From a virus: DNA of 64,000 bases. Positions 60,140-64,000 of the stretch are shown here, piece after piece. The first letter of the stretch is position 1. Each line of letters opens with the position of its first letter. The notes under the pieces are model-generated. The model was not told the origin of the DNA. It saw only the letters and a list, made by a program, of their open reading frames with translations, and did no database searches. Where the stretch lies: the IMG/VR virus record IMGVR_UViG_3300031088_000001. One strand, written 5' to 3'. The position numbers and the translations under genes were made by a program.

Positions 60140-62449
60140 CTATTTGGCAATCTTCGGCGTACCGATGATGTTGACGTTGACGTTCAGGAACGAACCGTAC
60201 TGGCTCACGTTCGCGTTCTTCACCCGCATCTTCACCACAACGTCGATGTAGCCCGCTGGGTGGTTCTTGGTCACAATGTCGTAGACCTGGGTGAGCGAGG
60301 CGTTGGAGTAGGCACGTTCGTTCTTGTCGCCACCAAGGGACGAGAAGCCAGCAGTACCAGTGCCTGCAATCTGGCGACCGTAATCAGGCTCTTGGCTCTT
60401 GGACGAACGGAAGCCAACCACGTACTCCATGATCTCCAAGCCTTCTTCCGTGACGAAGCCAGGGCCGAGTGCTGCTTGGAAGTCAGCGTGGACAGTCACC
60501 ATCACGTCACTGGAGAGATTGACACGGTGCGTGAACAGAATCTCCTGGGCGTCCTTCTGGTTCCGAGTATCCGTGAACTTGAAGTTAGCCTCTGCATCAG
60601 TCAGTTGCTCACTGATGGTCGATTCGATCCGGTACACAGGGTGCGAACCACTGATACGGATACCAGAGCCCGCGATCAGCGACACGCCAGGCACCGGCAG
60701 GACAATCGGCTTGGCACCATGACGCAGGAGCTTCAAGGTACGACCAGTGAGCACAGCATCCACAACTACGCCAGCAAGGTTGGTATTGCTACTGCCTTGT
60801 GCTGGCGCGTTGTCGTACAGGGTAATCTCGACACCCAGGCCTTTGCGAATCGGCCCAGTGAAGATCACCTTGTTGTCTACCAGCGTGTACTGGTTGCCGT
60901 GGATGTGCGCACCAGACTGGGATACCTCGATGTACTCAACCGACTGCGGGGTGAACGGCAGTTCGAGGAAGTACGTGTCGTCACTGGTGATCGTGGCGAT
61001 GGTCGAGATGGTGGTGCTGTAACCCTCGAAGTCTTCGATGCGGAAGCTACGCAACTCCACGTCAACGCCAGCAGGGATCGGTGCTACAAACTTGACCTCC
61101 TGCGTTGTGGCATCGTAGGTGAACGTGGTGAGCATCTGCCGAATACCGCGAATGTACGCCTTGATGTAGTTGGCGTCTTGCACGGGCTGGCTGATCTTGA
61201 AGTTCTGCGTGCTGCCATCACCCACCACATGGTCAACCTTGATCAACATGCGGCTGCCGTTCGACGGGATGCGGGTGAACAAACGCAGGTCAATTGGAAT
61301 CTGGGCGGCAATTGCCTCCACAAACTCAATCTCGTTGCCGCTCATATCGAACGCATCACGGTGCTGGGTTACACCACCAAGCGCTGGTTGCAGGTAGTTG
61401 ACGTTCTCGATTTCCAGATCGCCAAGGGCATAGCGTGCCTCGGTACCATCGCCTGTGTAGTTGATGGTGCTCATTACCAGCTTGGAAGGCGCACGGTACA
61501 GCGTGCTATTGATCCCACCAGACGACTTGGGCGGCGCCCAACGTGGGCATTCGTCATAACCACGAACGAGTACCCAGTCAGCAGGCACACCATCCATGAT
61601 CGGCGGGTAAGAGCACGCACCGCCTGCACCACCAGCACCTCCACGACGTCGCCATACAGCGATAGTCGATTGGGCATCGAGGCCAGTGACGGGCTGCGAG
61701 TCAGCTTCAACCAGCTTGGTACCCGACACACGGTAACGGCGCGACTTGCCTTGACCATTGCCGAGCACGACGTGGCCAATGACTATCTCGTTATCGTCGA
61801 GGTCGATTCCGCTGAGAGTAATCTCAGTAGCGCTGGCAGCCGTGGGCTTTCCGAAGAAGATACGATCATGGTCGCTAAATGCCCACTGGAAACCACCTGC
61901 ACCAGAACGCATAGCCAGAACAGGAGTAGCACTGCCATCCGAGTTATACGTGCCATCCAGTACCGTAACCGCATTGAACGAGCTTTCTCCAGGCGATTGC
62001 AGACGGAAGACGTTGGGCGTCGATGGAATGGACGAGTAGTCGCCAATGGTGACGTTGATGGTCGTCAGGTCACAACGGCTAGTTACCAGCAGGCAGTTGA
62101 AGCGAACCGTCTCACCCTTGATCAGGATGTAAGGCGTCTCGAAGACACAGCGCCCAAGCAACGTACGGCTGCTCAGGTATACGCAGGTCTCACGGACTTC
62201 CGTGTCTTCCTTGATCAGGTAGCCCGGGATTTCAAAGACAAAGCGAGCGGTGTTCTTGGAGAGCACTTCCACGTGATGGATGGTGCCCTCGAAGAGGTTG
62301 TTGCCCAGAATGTCGACGGCATCAGTCTTGCTCGGGGACTGCGAGGAGTCCCCAAACTTGAAGAAGGTAGCGTCAACGAGCTGGCCGCCTGCCGACGCGT
62401 TGTTGATCGCCTGTAGGCCAACGTCGGAAAGAATCAGCACTTCGCTCAT
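60140..62449 (-). CDS. tail fibre protein with a P2 gpH-like tail-collar N-terminal domain
   Basis: SDVGLQAINNASAGGQLVDATFFKFGDSSQSPSKTDAVDILGNNLFEGTI...VRETCVYLSSRTLLGRCVF...RFNCLLVTS follows the DUF3751 / tail-collar fibre pattern. Confidence 0.75.
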   Translation of the reverse strand: MSEVLILSDVGLQAINNASAGGQLVDATFFKFGDSSQSPSKTDAVDILGNNLFEGTIHHVEVLSKNTARFVFEIPGYLIKEDTEVRETCVYLSSRTLLGRCVFETPYILIKGETVRFNCLLVTSRCDLTTINVTIGDYSSIPSTPNVFRLQSPGESSFNAVTVLDGTYNSDGSATPVLAMRSGAGGFQWAFSDHDRIFFGKPTAASATEITLSGIDLDDNEIVIGHVVLGNGQGKSRRYRVSGTKLVEADSQPVTGLDAQSTIAVWRRRGGAGGAGGACSYPPIMDGVPADWVLVRGYDECPRWAPPKSSGGINSTLYRAPSKLVMSTINYTGDGTEARYALGDLEIENVNYLQPALGGVTQHRDAFDMSGNEIEFVEAIAAQIPIDLRLFTRIPSNGSRMLIKVDHVVGDGSTQNFKISQPVQDANYIKAYIRGIRQMLTTFTYDATTQEVKFVAPIPAGVDVELRSFRIEDFEGYSTTISTIATITSDDTYFLELPFTPQSVEYIEVSQSGAHIHGNQYTLVDNKVIFTGPIRKGLGVEITLYDNAPAQGSSNTNLAGVVVDAVLTGRTLKLLRHGAKPIVLPVPGVSLIAGSGIRISGSHPVYRIESTISEQLTDAEANFKFTDTRNQKDAQEILFTHRVNLSSDVMVTVHADFQAALGPGFVTEEGLEIMEYVVGFRSSKSQEPDYGRQIAGTGTAGFSSLGGDKNERAYSNASLTQVYDIVTKNHPAGYIDVVVKMRVKNANVSQYGSFLNVNVNIIGTPKIAK

Positions 62450-62452
62450 GGA

Positions 62453-62698
62453 TTAACCCTCGCAGTCGCTGATTGGCGTCGAGACACGGCAAGTCGGGCA
62501 GTAGTACACCTGACCAGCAGGGATCATCGCGGTGCCCATGGCTTTACGGCACTTCGGGCAGTTGCCTTCGCTGGTGTTATCGACAGCCGCGACTGCAATC
62601 TCGGCATTCCCATTAGCGACAGCCGTGTGCTGCACTGGCGCTTGTACTTCGGCGTGCGGGTTGTACACTTCACGGCCGGTGGTCATTTTTACTTTCAT
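62453..62698 (-). CDS. small zinc-ribbon protein (81 aa)
   Basis: CPKC-x17-CPTC near the C-terminus. Tightly packed between structural genes. Confidence 0.6.
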   Translation of the reverse strand: MKVKMTTGREVYNPHAEVQAPVQHTAVANGNAEIAVAAVDNTSEGNCPKCRKAMGTAMIPAGQVYYCPTCRVSTPISDCEG

Positions 62699-62707
62699 GG
62701 TAGTTCC

Positions 62708-64000
62708 TTAGTTCCCGAAGGTTACTTCGAAGGTCATCGTGCCGTTGCCGTCAAAGTCGGAGCGATACAGATACCAGTTGGATGTTGTGCCAGACGCATC
62801 AGTGCGCGCGACAGTGATTGGACCGTACTGCTCACCTACAGAGCCATCATCAGGCCAGGACGCTCCGTCGAATCCGCCTTCAAAGTTGGAGGCTTGGTCA
62901 ACGAACTTGGCGAGGCCGAGTGTCGCAGGGTAGCAGAAGTACATGTATTCGCCAGCGCCAGCAGTCAGCGTAAACTTCTGGCCAGATGCCATTGTAGGCA
63001 AATGGTTGGTCAGCTTGTCTGCAATCGCAGGGTCGTTACGCACGCCAATCTGGGCCAAGCCGTAGATCGGGGTACTGTCTACCTCAGCAATCACGCTAAT
63101 CTCCTTGGTCGCCGTGACAGTCTCGAACCCTTCCTTGTACGTGGCCTTCAGGATAAACTTGAACGCTTTGGAGGCGTCAATTACGTTCACCTGACCAGCG
63201 CCGTTGACAACTACGCGACCATCTGGGGAAACGATGCTCCACTCAGGCTGCACAGGATGCCCTTTGCCTGGTGTCTCAGTCTCACCATTACGGAAGAGCT
63301 CCGACGTGTAGAGTTCCTGCTTGGCGCCGTTGATTGTCTCAGGCCCGTAGATCGCCAGCGACTTCAACTGGTCCTCATCGCCGATGATGTTGATGACCAT
63401 CGAATCGACAAGGGTATAGGTGCCACACTGGTACGTCGAGGTGATCGTGGCAGTCGTGGACTTACCATTCACGGACCAGACGAAGCCAGCACTATCAATT
63501 GCAGCCACGAGAGGATCAGCGTCAATCGTCCAGTCACTACTCACCAATAGCTCATTCGCACACTCCTCGAACACGATGGCATGGGAGTACGAACCACGCT
63601 CGGTGACGTAGAAGGCGGCAGGTCCAATGATCCGGCTGCTCACAGGCTTGTCAGGCGAGTTGACGATACGTGGCGTTACGGTGATTTCAAACTCGGCAAT
63701 CTCCTTGAAGTAGCGGGCAATCGCCGTGACCTTGGTGTCCTTTTCAACCACACGTCCTTGCAGCACACCAGGCGATACAATGTCCGCCATTGGGTCTGGA
63801 TCGTTCAATGGGTCAGCAGACTGCACGGTCCACTGTGGGCTCACCGTTTCAAGCAACCCATCAGAGTACACAGCGGTACCCGTGAGCACAATCCTCGCAC
63901 CTTCCATGACCGTGTTAGGGCCACTGATAATCAAGCCCTGAATGATCCGTGTGTTCGGAATCAAGACAAGTGGCTTGCTCTGCACGTATGCCTTACCGCC
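62708..64000 (-). CDS. structural protein with bacterial Ig-like (Big_2-type) domains, 5'-truncated by the window edge
   Basis: IISGPNTVMEGARIVLTGTAVYSDGLLETVSPQWTVQSAD is Big_2-like. The frame stays open from the GTG at 63985 to nt 64000, so the start is probably outside the window. Confidence 0.65.
   Translation of the reverse strand, partial: GGKAYVQSKPLVLIPNTRIIQGLIISGPNTVMEGARIVLTGTAVYSDGLLETVSPQWTVQSADPLNDPDPMADIVSPGVLQGRVVEKDTKVTAIARYFKEIAEFEITVTPRIVNSPDKPVSSRIIGPAAFYVTERGSYSHAIVFEECANELLVSSDWTIDADPLVAAIDSAGFVWSVNGKSTTATITSTYQCGTYTLVDSMVINIIGDEDQLKSLAIYGPETINGAKQELYTSELFRNGETETPGKGHPVQPEWSIVSPDGRVVVNGAGQVNVIDASKAFKFILKATYKEGFETVTATKEISVIAEVDSTPIYGLAQIGVRNDPAIADKLTNHLPTMASGQKFTLTAGAGEYMYFCYPATLGLAKFVDQASNFEGGFDGASWPDDGSVGEQYGPITVARTDASGTTSNWYLYRSDFDGNGTMTFEVTFGN

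Noticed and set aside
60131-62416. 761-aa ORF on the + strand, opposite the tail-collar fibre gene
   Set aside because: Its translation is dominated by R, V, D, H and L runs with no recognisable domain. The - strand frame has the P2 gpH-like N-terminus and normal composition. The same reasoning applies to the + strand ORFs 42498-44339, 47006-48709, 54905-56773, 36759-37793, 57065-58204, 44443-45471 and 27543-28331, and to the - strand ORFs 12473-13492, 15112-16128, 10701-11450, 7859-8506 and 2628-3503.
26517-64000. Diversity-generating retroelement acting on the fibre genes
   Set aside because: No reverse-transcriptase-like ORF (no YxDD motif seen) and no template/variable repeat pair of about 100 nt or more were noticed near any fibre C-terminus. 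A computational self-alignment would be needed for a definitive negative.
1-64000. Integrase, att sites, transposase or other mobile-element hallmarks
   Set aside because: No recombinase-like ORF or flanking repeat was seen in this window. Whether the element is a prophage or a lytic phage cannot be decided from these 64 kb.

Overview
This 64-kb window (roughly 55-60% GC by eye) looks like part of a large tailed dsDNA phage or prophage of a Gram-negative host. Two convergent gene blocks meet at a bidirectional terminator near nt 26,490.

Block 1 (nt 1-26,476, + strand) holds about 50 tightly packed, mostly small early/middle-type genes, many translationally coupled through ATGA/TAATG overlaps. 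The products I can recognise are:
- two adjacent XRE-type HTH proteins downstream of a sigma70-like promoter carrying nested palindromes
- an Arc/MetJ-type ribbon-helix-helix protein
- a Pol-beta-fold nucleotidyltransferase
- a calcineurin-like metallophosphoesterase
- a DUF4326-like protein
- a possible HicA/HicB-like pair
- a DUF1190-like lipoprotein plus glutathionylspermidine-synthase-like ATP-grasp ligase pair, arranged like E. coli ygiB-ygiC

Block 2 (nt 26,517-64,000, - strand) is one long late/structural operon dominated by fibre and adhesin genes:
- a P2 gpH-like tail-collar fibre with a putative chaperone
- four collagen-like (G-X-Y) paralogs flanking a 1216-aa multidomain adhesin
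- several fibre proteins sharing a small C-terminal domain
- a lower-GC four-gene insert encoding envelope-targeted proteins
- a baseplate-like block
- five consecutive fibre-like genes (two LamG arrays, one with a BNR propeller; two glycine-rich paralogs; one unknown) that all begin with the peptide ML(S/T)(L/I)(I/V)P
- a lysis cassette (holin, candidate unimolecular spanin, M15-like endolysin) embedded among those five genes
- a terminal group comprising a Nudix hydrolase, a DUF1289-like protein and a very basic protein

I saw no rRNA, convincing tRNA, CRISPR array, integrase, transposase or reverse transcriptase. All domain calls come from motif recognition by eye, with no searches run. Several start codons were moved from the longest ORF to an internal ATG that has a Shine-Dalgarno (SD) sequence.
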